Assembly: GCA_051294375.1 (NCBI GenBank)
Contig: CM119264.1
Location: 17,124,278-17,188,277 of the forward strand
Direction: 5' to 3'
Origin: Paraspadella gotoi
Lineage: Eukaryota > Animalia > Chaetognatha
Length of the DNA stretch: 64,000 nucleotides
The notes beneath the pieces were generated by a model that was given only the letters and a program-made list of their open reading frames with translations, was not told the DNA's origin and did no database searches. This document shows positions 13,288 through 24,000 of the stretch, in pieces; positions within the stretch are counted from its first letter, which is position 1, and every line of letters starts with the position of its first letter. Made by a program: the position numbers and the translations under genes.

Positions 13288-13920
13288 TGAAGAGACAGTA
13301 ATTATTATTATTGTTAGTGACAGAACCGTTCAATATAAGCAGTCCCTGAGCTTCGGATCAGGCTGTAACACCATGTTACAGGCGGGTTAAGCGCCCCCTC
13401 TCTTAACTGCCAGACGACCACCGGGCTAGAACCCGGACCTTTGGGTTGGGGCGAATGACTTGCCTCCGCACCAATGGCGCTGATGAACGTTGGTGGATTT
13501 TAGTCCACCATACATCCCCCCTCCGTAGGCAGAAGTCTGTTGCGTCTCTTCAGTGAATTGTTGTTGGTGGAAAGTTCGTCACCAAGTTGAGGCATGTCGC
13601 CTGATGTGTTGTGGGGGGAAAGTGCATCGCCAGTTGAGGCATGTCGCCTGAAAGTGTTGTTGTTGCTGTTGGTACGGAAGTGGCTCACCAATGAAGAGAC
13701 AGTAATTATTATTATGTGTTAGTGACAAACCGTTCAATATAAGCAGTCCCTGAGCTTCGGATCAGGCTGTAACACCATGTTACAGGCGGGTTAAGCGCCC
13801 CGTCCTCTTAACTGCCAGACGACCACGGGCTAGAACCCCGGACTTGGGTTGGGAGGCGAATGACTTGCCTCCGGCACCAATGGCCGCTGATGAACGGTTG
13901 GTGGATTTTAGTCCACCATA
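13288..13920 (-). mobile_element. TRIM-like non-autonomous LTR retrotransposon with tRNA-like sequence in both LTRs (Helenus-like)
   Basis: LTRs 13920-13692 and 13512-13288. TSD ACTA at 13284-13287 and 13921-13924. PBS (TGGTGAGCC..) 1 nt after the 5' LTR. Polypurine tract GGAGGGGGGA just before the 3' LTR. A/B-box tRNA-like cassette in each LTR. Confidence 0.88.
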
Positions 13921-14836
13921 ACTACAAAGTAGAATTGTATGTTCTGAAAGGGAAAGCTGTTTAAAGAAAGGTGCGTATTGTAAATTTGATAATCTTTTAT
14001 ATGAAATTGGTACATTATTCTTATATTTTAAATGAATACATTTTTTGTTAAAAATATTTTGTATATATGTTCCAAATAATTTTCGTGGTCATCAGTTGAG
14101 AAACAATTGGGAACCTATATTTAAAAGATAGAAATACATTTTAATAATCAAAATATAATTATAAAAAAATCCATTACGTAACATATTATACGTAATAAAT
14201 ATTAAATTTAGTTTCTTGCTAAGAATACTAACGATGGCTTTTGTTTTAAATTCAATTTTCTTGTTTCTTCCGATCAAGAGAGGCCGCAAAAGCATGAGCG
14301 ACAAATAGACGAGAGGTCAGAATTGTTGAGTTGTAGAGATCATTATTAAAAAATATAAGCATGCTTAACCTCCAGGGTCGAACCCAGGACATTTAGTCGT
14401 TTTAGATTTAAATTTCAAATGCCACAAAACATTTTCAATCATTAACTGGCATGCTCCAAGATTTATTATAAATTATTCCGTACTCTTATTATTAAAATTT
14501 ATTATTTGGTATTTAAGGTTTTTAATTTATATTATGAATGCTAATAAATCAAGAATTTTTTAAAAAATTCCTCAAACTACATAGATCGAAGCTTGAGAAG
14601 TTATTTCAACTTTTGTTTCAGGGAAGATCAGGGACGCAGCTGCTCCGCCGCGACTTAAAATCAAGATTGTCGACAAAATTGAAATCAACCTAAAATTGAT
14701 GTTAATCCTCTCTCTTGACATGAGGACGGAAAGAATACCATTTTTCATTATGTATGTTTTAATTAAGAAAGAGAACAGAAACCAATACAGAAAAATTAAG
14801 AAAAAGAAATATCTTACAACATATAACCCATCTCAC

Positions 14837-15121
14837 CTGCGAGCAAAACGGTAACACGTTCAACTCGGCTCCGCAAGATTTGTACGCCTCGAACACATCC
14901 TCTAACACAGGCACGTCCTTTTGTCTCCAGCGGGGGAACTTGAAAACTTTTGTTCCGTCCTTCTCCGCCTCCGCCGCTAGAGGATCCGGCCTGCCAGACT
15001 TGTCCGGAATCGTAAACACACCAACCACGTCGTGACCGTCCTTTCTCAACGCTTTGTATACTTCCTGTCCGAACTTTGACTGTCCGATAACGGCCACTTT
15101 TAATTTAGGGACCGCTGCCAT
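14837..15121 (-). CDS. ALDH1L1: ALDH1L1 exon 1, second (clean, in-frame) copy
   Basis: [41 protein letters not shown]...LNVLPFCSQ followed by a GTGAGA donor; 285 nt, 95 codons. Confidence 0.9.
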
Positions 15122-16329
15122 TTTCCCCGTCCGGTTTTCAAGTTCCGTTCGGCGTCTAAATGAAATGCGAAAAAAAGAAGAAAATTACTTTTTTTGGTTT
15201 GGTTTTTTTTTTCCTCGACAAATTGGCCAGAGTTAAAAATAGGGTTAAGACTAAAGTTGACACAACGTTCGACGGAGAAGTTATAATCACGTTCCAAACT
15301 CCTTAAATCGCGCTCGATTATCATCGTCACAATTCGCAGCGAACAAGCCGGATCTTTTTCGGAAAAACCAGTTTAAACTCAAATTCTTAAATTAGTAGCG
15401 AGAGGAGTAGAGAAGAAGAGGAAAACGTCTAGTGACGTATCGAGGGCAAAGTTGAAAAAAAATAGAACGAGGTCCAAAGGCTTCAACAGAGTGAAGATTT
15501 AGTGTGTTTCAAGGCGAAGACGAATACGATACTGCTGACGATACGATAGTGCTGTGAGTGACAGTCAAGAATAATGTGATTCCATATCTTCGGGCCTCAA
15601 GGTTTTTTCTTTTTGTTGAAAAACTCGGGGAATTAATCATTTGAAAAAGAGATAAGCTTTATTTATTAAATTCAATCACCCCTTTTAACTTTTTTTTGCA
15701 GAACAACTTATTTTGAATAATCGTTTATGAACTTTAGAGCTTAATTAGTAATTACTAATGGTCGCACCTTTGAGAAAGTTTGTAATTATTGTTTAAAAGT
15801 ATCAGTGTTTACCGTTTAAAATAAGGCAGAATACACTACAACGACCACTCAATTACAAGGCTCTAATCCCGAATCTTGGGTATTAAAGCCTTACCTTTAA
15901 CAAAGGTAAAACTGGTGTCTCCTCGTCCATGGTGGTTGAGAACGATCGACAAAATTTATCACCCCAGTACGATTACGAAAAATTGCAAGATTACTTGATT
16001 TACTATATTAGACTTTAAAATTTAAAGATAATGTAAACATTTATTATATTTCTCTATATATTAGATTTAATTATATTCTTTTATAATGAAATAAGGAGTA
16101 GGATGTTAGTGTTGTCTTTTGGAAATAGAGGGAGCATCTATACAATACACGGTTAAAAGTGACTTTCTGCCCTAGTTTTCTAATTAGATATTAGACAATC
16201 ATTCTTGTTAAGAAGTCATTTATTGAAAATTTAAAAATATCTAAAAGTCTGAACAGAAAGGGGTGGAGAGGATAATTTGTTACGGGATTAAGGTTATTTA
16301 TGATTCGTTATTGTTGAGGGTTAAGACTA

Positions 16330-16978
16330 TGAAGAGACAGTAATTATTATTATGTGTTAGTGACAGAACCGTTCAATATAAGAGTCCCTGAGCTTCGGAT
16401 CAGGCTGTAACACCATGTTACAGGCGGTTTAAGCGCCCCGTCCTCTCTTAACTGCCAGACGACCACCGGGCTAGAACCCCGGACCTTTGGGTTGGGAGGC
16501 GAATGACTTGCCTCCGGCACCAAGGCCGCTGATGAACGGTTGGTGGATTTTAGTCCACCATACATCCCCCCTCCCGTAGGCAGAAGTCTGTTGCGTCTCT
16601 TCAGTGAATTGTTGTTGGTGGAAAGTTCGTCACCAAGTTGAGGCATGTCGCCTGATGTGTTGTGGGCGGAAAGTGCATCGCCAGGTTGAGGCATGTCGCC
16701 TGAAAGTGTTGTTGTTGCTGTTGTGTACGGAAGTCGGGCTCACCAATGAAGAGACAGTAATTATTATATGTGTTAGTGACAAACCGTTCAATATAAGCAG
16801 TCCCTGAGCTTCGGATCAGGCTGTAACACCATGTTACAGGCGGGTTAAGCGCCCCGTCCCTCTTAACTGCCAGACGACCACCGGGCTAGAACCCCGGACC
16901 TTTGGGTTGGGAGGCGAATGACTTGCCTCCGGCACCAATGGCCGCTGATGAACGGTTGGTGGATTTTGTCCAACCATA
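16330..16978 (-). mobile_element. Second (duplicated) copy of the tRNA-LTR TRIM
   Basis: LTRs 16978-16747 and 16562-16330. TSD ACTA at 16326-16329 and 16979-16982. PBS TGGTGAGCCCGAC (16745-16733). PPT GGGAGGGGGGA. tRNA-like 72-mer at 16945-16874. Confidence 0.88.
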
Positions 16979-17408
16979 ACTACAAAGTAGAATTGTATGT
17001 TCTGAAAGGGAAAGCTGTTTAAAGAAAGGTGCGTATTGTAAATTTGATAATCTTTTATATGAAATTGGTACATTATTCTTATATTTTAAATGAATACATT
17101 TTTTGTAAAAAATATTTTGTATATATGTTCCAAATAATTTTCGTGGTCATCAGTTGAGAACCAATTGGGAACCTATATTTAAAAGATAGAAATACATTTT
17201 AATAATCAAAATATAATTATAAAAAAATCCATTACGTAACATTATTATACGTAATAAATATTAAATTTAGTTTCTTGCTAAAGAATACTAACGATGGCTT
17301 TTGTTTTAAATTCAATTTTCTTGTTTCCTTCCGATCAAGAGAGGCCGCAAAAGCATGAGCGACAAATAGACGAGAGGTCAGAATTGTTGAGTTGTAGAGA
17401 TCATTATT

Positions 17409-17518
17409 AAAAAATATAAGCATGCTTAACCTCCAGGGTCGAACCCAGGACATTTAGTCGTTTTAGATTTAAATTTCAAATGCCACAAAACATTTTCAAT
17501 CATTAACTGGCATGCTCC
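17409..17518 (-). ncRNA. Candidate small Pol III transcript (vault-RNA-like layout) or decayed SINE fragment
   Basis: B-box GGTTCGACCC, 8-bp terminal panhandle GAGCATGC/GCATGCTT and a downstream T6; the A-box is poor. Duplicate at ~14349-14457. Confidence 0.2.
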
Positions 17519-18006
17519 AAGATTTATTATAAATTATTCCGTACTCTTATTATAAAATTTATTATTTGGTATTTAAGGTTTTTAATTTATATTATGAATG
17601 CTAATAAATCAAGAATTTTTTAAAAAATTCCTCAAACTACATAGATCGAAGCTTGAGAAGTTATTTCAACTTTTGTTTCAGGGAAGATCAGGGACGCAGC
17701 TGCTCCGCCGCGACTTAAAATCAAGATTGTCGACAAAATTGAAATCAACCTAAAATTGATGTAACCTTACAATTTTTTTTGGTTTTAACTAAAATCTAGA
17801 GATATTGCACCAGTATAATGATACAAACGGCAGTTTGAATCTAATCATGTTAATAAAATTATGACAAATAAAAATAAATTATTGCGCAATAATTTTTGTT
17901 CTTAAACCAACCTGCTGCAGAATGGGCGTTGTTCTCATTTTTTCTAAAACTTAGCGAAATACTGATGGTCCTCAAATTTAGTTGAGCGGCCGTAATATTT
18001 TCAAAA

Positions 18007-21000
18007 ATGACGCAAAGAAACCCTTCGGGGTTTTCATCGACTTCTCCTTCTGTAAACTCAACTATGTCACTAAAAAACCCCTTGCTCACCAAGTCTGTCA
18101 AGGGCGATACTAATCTTTTAGGGTGAGTTTGAAATCCCTCAAAAATGGGAAAAAATCATTGTTAAAAATAAAAAATTAGGATAAAAGAAAACAAAAATTT
18201 GCTATTCAGCGTATGAAAAAATAATTTATTTCCGAATCCGGTAACGGTATTATAAAAACTTAATTTCATCGTTAATTTAATCAGATCAAACAAGCCCAAC
18301 CTTGCTTCCTCTCTCAACCTTCTTCCTCTCTCGTCGAGCCTCTCCCAAACTTCGAGGATCCCGTTGACATCTTCAAGACTATTGACAACGGATTTGGCGG
18401 AAAAATCTCGTAACCTTCGACCGCCAGATGGGACAAATTTATTAACGAGCGGAAAGACAACGATGGGCCCCAACGTGGACCTTCGTTCTGATTTAACTTC
18501 CAGGGTGTCATTGACCAATTCCGCAACGAATTTGACCTCGGGTGTACTCTCGAACAAACAACTTTTAAATTCGAAATCATCGAAGCCCGAAGCATCTTTT
18601 TCTGCCATACCCATAAACGCCGTAAACTTGGACGGACAGAAGTCTATAAAGATAAGGTCTGTTCGTGTACACTGTACAGTGATATAATAGAAGAGATAAG
18701 CTTAACCCAGAAAATTGTTCATTTTTATTTATTTAATTATTATTATATTAAAACGTAAAGAGAATCTTTATTTTAATCGCATATCTTTTTCATACGAAAA
18801 TTAAAAATTAATTGATCTGAAATAAAGTAACCTTATTGAGTTTATACGATTTTATTTAAAAGTTTTCATTTCCAGTAATTAAATTTTGATATTATTGTTT
18901 TGATTTCAATTCAGCGAAACGGAAAGATCCAATCTTTTCTCTTTGAAACGACAGCGAAGCGTAGAGAAGACAGACGATGACTCCTCGCCGAAAACGCCAA
19001 CGCAAAAGAAATTTTGTCCTGTCCCCGTTTCTATCCAACGCGCTGATCTATCCTGCTCTTTGAAACAAGATGATATAAAGTTGGATTTGAATTTTAACTC
19101 CAAACAATCAATAAATGGTTCGACAATGTTTAGACACACAAAACAAAATTTCATATCGTAGCTTAGAGGCAGAAAATCGAAATTTTTATTTTGTTTATAA
19201 ACAAATACGAATAGTTTTCTTGAAAATCGTGGTTTGTAAACAAAATAAAATTTCTTTTTCTGCCTCCAATATAAACGCAACAAAGAAAAGTTAGAAAACG
19301 CAAAATTGACCGAAAGTTTAAAAGCAGTGAAAAGATATAAAACAGTAGTATCAATCAAATTTCTTTTGTTGGCAGAAATTCCCGCCTTGTTAATGGAAAA
19401 ATCGTCAGAAGAACTAAAGCAACTAAAGCTACAACTGCTACAAATCGTTTGCGGATCACTTCTTCGGGAGCCAAACTTTAAGGACGTAGAAAATGTTACA
19501 AGGAAAACTATCTTAGAAAAAATCGAGGGAATTGTCGAAAAAGACCCAGAATTCATTTTGAAAACTGCTTTGTATTCTAGGTATGTATTTTGGTTTTTAG
19601 GTGCGCTTGTCGTCATACTTTTAAATATTTTTTGTATTATTCAAGACGGGTCTTTAACATACGATCGACCTCAAATTTTCTTCTGGCTGCTGCATCTTAT
19701 TTCAAGTCATCGCGCCCCTTTTTAAAAAAATACTTTCGGGCGTCAATAGTATTGCCGTCTGATTGGGTGGACGTCGCTGACTGCTATCAGGTGTGTACTA
19801 TTTGTTGCTGAGTTACCTGTACTGATTACAATTTTTAATACATGCTTTCTTGAAAATTTACGGAATGGATTAAGGTTTTTATCAAAATGTATGTAAAATC
19901 ATCAAAAATAATAACAGAATAATCGCAGCATTAAGAGCTGTTAATATATCTAATATTTAAGCTGGTAATATTTTAGTTTTATTGAAGACATACTGAATAT
20001 GATTTTCAAGATTTGTGGAGAATGGAGATTAGGGTTAAGGTTAGGGAAATTAATATTAAAAATTTAGAGATATAATTTTGATATATTTTTATTCATGAAA
20101 AGCAAAAATTTTATCCAGTGGTCATGTAATAATATACCTTTTTTGTGCAGCATTTTGATGATCCCAGCCTTTATTATGGCTCTTTGCCAACAGCTCTTCG
20201 TAAAGTCATGATCGAAAAATTTATTGATTTTGATGAATACCAGCTGGCAAAATATAACAAGAACCCGAAAAATGTTAAGAAGAAAAAACAATGTGTCTCA
20301 AAGAAAAAAAAGCAGGTACTTTTTTCTACGATAAGATAATTTTTAGGACTTGCTAGTAAAATTTAATAAATGTCATTTTTTACCATTTCCACCGGAGTTA
20401 TCAATTAAAAGAATTATATTTTTCATAACACATCTCTTTAACAATAATTTGCTTTTTCAGGAAGGAGACGAGCTTGAAGACTTAGATAACTTGGAAGAAG
20501 AAAATAATCCCCTTCAAAACGTCATTCCCGATTCTGACTGTGAAACTGAAGAAGAAGTACAGAAAGTCACTTTCAACCTTAAAAAATTAGTTAGATTTTT
20601 GCATTTGTGCAAGCCAGTTGAGCTTGTCATGGCACTAATTGGAAAGAAATACCCCATGGATACAATTGAATTTGCTCGCTCGGGGCTCCCAGGCATTTTT
20701 GAGGAAAACAGAGCCGGGAAAAGAATGAAATTGAAAATCCCAGAAACTTGGGAAACACAAGTATCTATGAAAGGTAATAAATCCAGCACTTGGGAAGAAC
20801 TGATTGAACATAAAAAATTACCTTATATGGCGATGTTAAGAAACATTCGAAATTTGTTGAAGGCTGGGATTAGTGAAAAGCATCATAATATGGTGTTAAA
20901 AAAATTAAGCGATGAAGGAGCAGTGAGAAACTCAAAACAATCAAGTTTTCGTTTTTTCTCAGCTTACGATATTCTTATTCAACTTGAGAAAGAGTTGACA

Positions 21001-24000
21001 CAATCAGAATTAGATGAAGCAGGATCTGAAACCAAGGTAAAAAAAAACAGTCATAAAAAAGAACTAAAATCCAAGAAAAAAAATGTTAAAAAACCGATTT
21101 TATATACTGAGGAATTAATACAGCGGTACAAAAAAAGTCTTGATGAAGCAGTAAAGACTGCCACGATGTTTAACACGAAACACATTCCCGGTCGAACTTT
21201 GATATTTATAGATTTAAGTCAATCATATGAGACTACAATGCCATCTTTCAAAGGCAATAAACAGTCTGTGAGAGAACCACGAGAGCTGGCTTACATATTG
21301 GCTTTGCAAGCATTGAGTACATGTGAGCACTGCAACGTAATTGGTTATGGAGATAAAAATAGTACAGTATCAGTTTCTTTTGATTTCCGTGAAACAATTT
21401 TGAGTGCTGTCTCTAAGCTCGATGAGTTGTTAACTTCGGTACAATTTTCAGGACCCGGCGTTTTACCAGACTTATTTTATTTGATTTATGAAAACCAAAT
21501 CTTCGATAATATAATTGTTTTTAGTTCAGCAACTGTAGATGATGACCAAATTCTACAATTCATGAACCATTATAAATATTTTATCAATCCTAATTTGCAA
21601 GTTTTTAATGTTTCTTTGTCGGGAAGATTGGCACCGCCAACTATTCACAAAACATTACCAAGCTATGTTAAGCTTTCTGGATTCTCAGATCAAATTTTAC
21701 AGTTTGTGGGTGAATCTGGGAAAAGTGGACAGTTGATTGAAGTTGATAATGTTGATATTAGATTTAATTTACTAAAACAAAGTTTTAAGCCTCAAACGAG
21801 AATAATTAATCCGTCACAGTTACCAGAAGTCATTGAAACGTCTAAACCAATTAAAATATTTATTAGTTCAACTTTTAAAGATTTTCAGTGTGAACGAGAT
21901 ATATTGACGCAGTTTGTTTTTCCAGAAATACGATCAAGAGCAGCCATTTTAGGTGTAGATGTTCAAGAAGTTGATCTCAGGTGGGGTATCACTGAAGAAG
22001 AATCTGTAATTCAAGATAATGCTGTTGAAAGGTGCTTACAAGAAGTTGAAGAATCAGTGATATTTATTGGACTTATAGGTGAACGTTATGGAAATATTCC
22101 AAAACCTGCATCCCTTCCTCAAAAAAGCCTTGGAATGGAGATGATTTTAAAATATCCAGGAATATCAGTAACTGAAATGGAAATCAGACTGGGCATGGAA
22201 AAGGATAGAGGTTGCTCCTTTTTTTTTATTCGTGATGAACAGTTCATTTCTGAAATATCTGACAAAAGACTGAAAAATGATTTTTATTCAAATGATACAT
22301 CATCACGAGACGCTATTGCAAAACTGAAACATTTAGTAATGCATAGTGGCCACGAGGTTCTTAATTACACTTGTAGTTGGGGAGGAATTTTATTCAACAA
22401 CCAACCTTATGTAGTCGAACTGGAAGAATTTGCTCTTAGGGCACTTTCTTGTCTGTGGCAAAGCATAAAAAATTTGTTTAATGAGAAACCTATAGATTAT
22501 GCCAATGTTCATTCTGAATTTGGCTTTAAAGAATCTGAATATGTAGTTGGACGAGATAAAGATTTAACAGAATGTCAAAAACAACTGAAGAATTCCACTC
22601 TATTGCTGCTGAAAGGAAAATCTGGAGTTGGAAAGACTGCAATGGCTGCTTATCTTGGAAAAGCAGTCGTCAAAAATGATAATAATTATATTTTAATTGA
22701 ACATTATGTGGGTCTAACTGTGGGATCGGAAAACCATCAATCTTTATTTCAAAATATATATAATCAGCTTTGCTTATCATTTAATATTCAGCAAGCATCC
22801 CACTCCGTAAAAAACCTATTAGATATCATTCCTAGGTTACTAGACAAGTGTGTTGAAAATAAAAAAAATGTCATTTTTCTGATTGATGGGTTTGATAATA
22901 TAGAAAATTCATTACAAATCGCAGATTTAATCTGGATACCCCCCAGTTTTCCTAAAAATATTAAACTAGTATTAACTTGCTCAGATTCTTCCTTTTCGCT
23001 TATTCAACATTTTGAGCATGTCAAAAATTTAAAAGCTTCTGTTTACGATTTACAGGGATTAGAAATTTCACCTAGAAAGGAAATGGTTAGAAAAATACTT
23101 GAAAAAAATGGAAAAAAACTTGAAGAAAGTTCTTTCAATAATCAGTTACAGATTCTAGTATCAAAAAGAGATGGATGCTTCCCAAAATATCTAAGCCTTG
23201 CTTGTAATGAAGTTAAGCTTTTTGGTAACTTTGATACACTTACAGCAATCTTGCGTGATTTACCACCTTCCAAAGATCAACTTTTAAAAAGCATGGTGCA
23301 AAGGTTAGAAGATGATTTTGGAGTCAATTACGTCGGTTTAGCTTTTCAAATGATTAGTTTGAGTTCTCATGGATTAATGGTCAAAGAATTGCATTATTTG
23401 CTTTGTCATTGCCTTTCTATTGGAATTTCCTCAAATGGCCCAGTGAACATAAACAATTTTTTCAAGATAACAAATGATGATGATTTCATGGTTTGTTTCA
23501 GCTCAGATTTTTATTCAAAGATACCATTAGCATATTTTCAGCCATTTGAATATAGACTTCGTTCAATTTTATTTCAAAGTGAACACAGCTCAGCTTCATC
23601 CTGTTTACTAATTAATAATCCGGTTTTAAAAAAAATTATTACAATTAAATACTTGAAAGCAAAGCAACTCCAAAGAAAAGTTTCTTTTAATGAGGGAAAA
23701 AGTAATTGGTCAATCGCCAAGCTTTTTTGTATGCTTTTAGCAAGTTTTCACCTAAACATTGTCAGCAAAAATCGGGAGGCTCAAAGTGACAATCACATTA
23801 CATGGATTATTACCAAAAAGAAAGCTATTGATATTACATCATTTCAATCAGAATTTTTCTGTCAATCTAAGTCTCATTTTCAAAGATTACTTATGAATTT
23901 AGAGCTAGCAGAAAGCTGGTCGCTGATGTTCAAATTACTGAGATGTCTTAAGTTTGTTTATTCTATGGTTAAAGTAGGATTGATTTCATTTTTAATAAAT

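Larger units (their letters stand above)
11685..17762. repeat. ~3.03 kb direct tandem duplication (11685-14702 and 14717-17762)
   Basis: Near-identical copies differing mostly by 1-bp indels, with a 14-bp spacer. Each contains ALDH1L1 exon 1, its upstream region and the mini-LTR element. Confidence 0.93.

Noticed and set aside
13560-13660. CRISPR-like repeat (GTTGAGGCATGTCGCCTGA x2)
   Set aside because: Only two copies with similar spacers, eukaryotic context and no cas genes; it is an internal tandem repeat of the TRIM.
13288-13920. Interpretation as two tandem tRNA-SINEs, a HINE, or a hammerhead retrozyme (CTGATGA present)
   Set aside because: A single TSD around the whole unit plus PBS and PPT fit an LTR element; no GAAA follows the CTGATGA stem, so there is no hammerhead core.
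16874-16945. Functional tRNA-Gly gene
   Set aside because: D and anticodon stems pair poorly, the T-loop is TTCTAGC, there is no terminator, and it is embedded in an LTR.
17859-19616. Minus-strand ORFs of 80, 150 and 236 aa
   Set aside because: Antisense shadows of TEP1 5' exons, which splice in phase on the plus strand.
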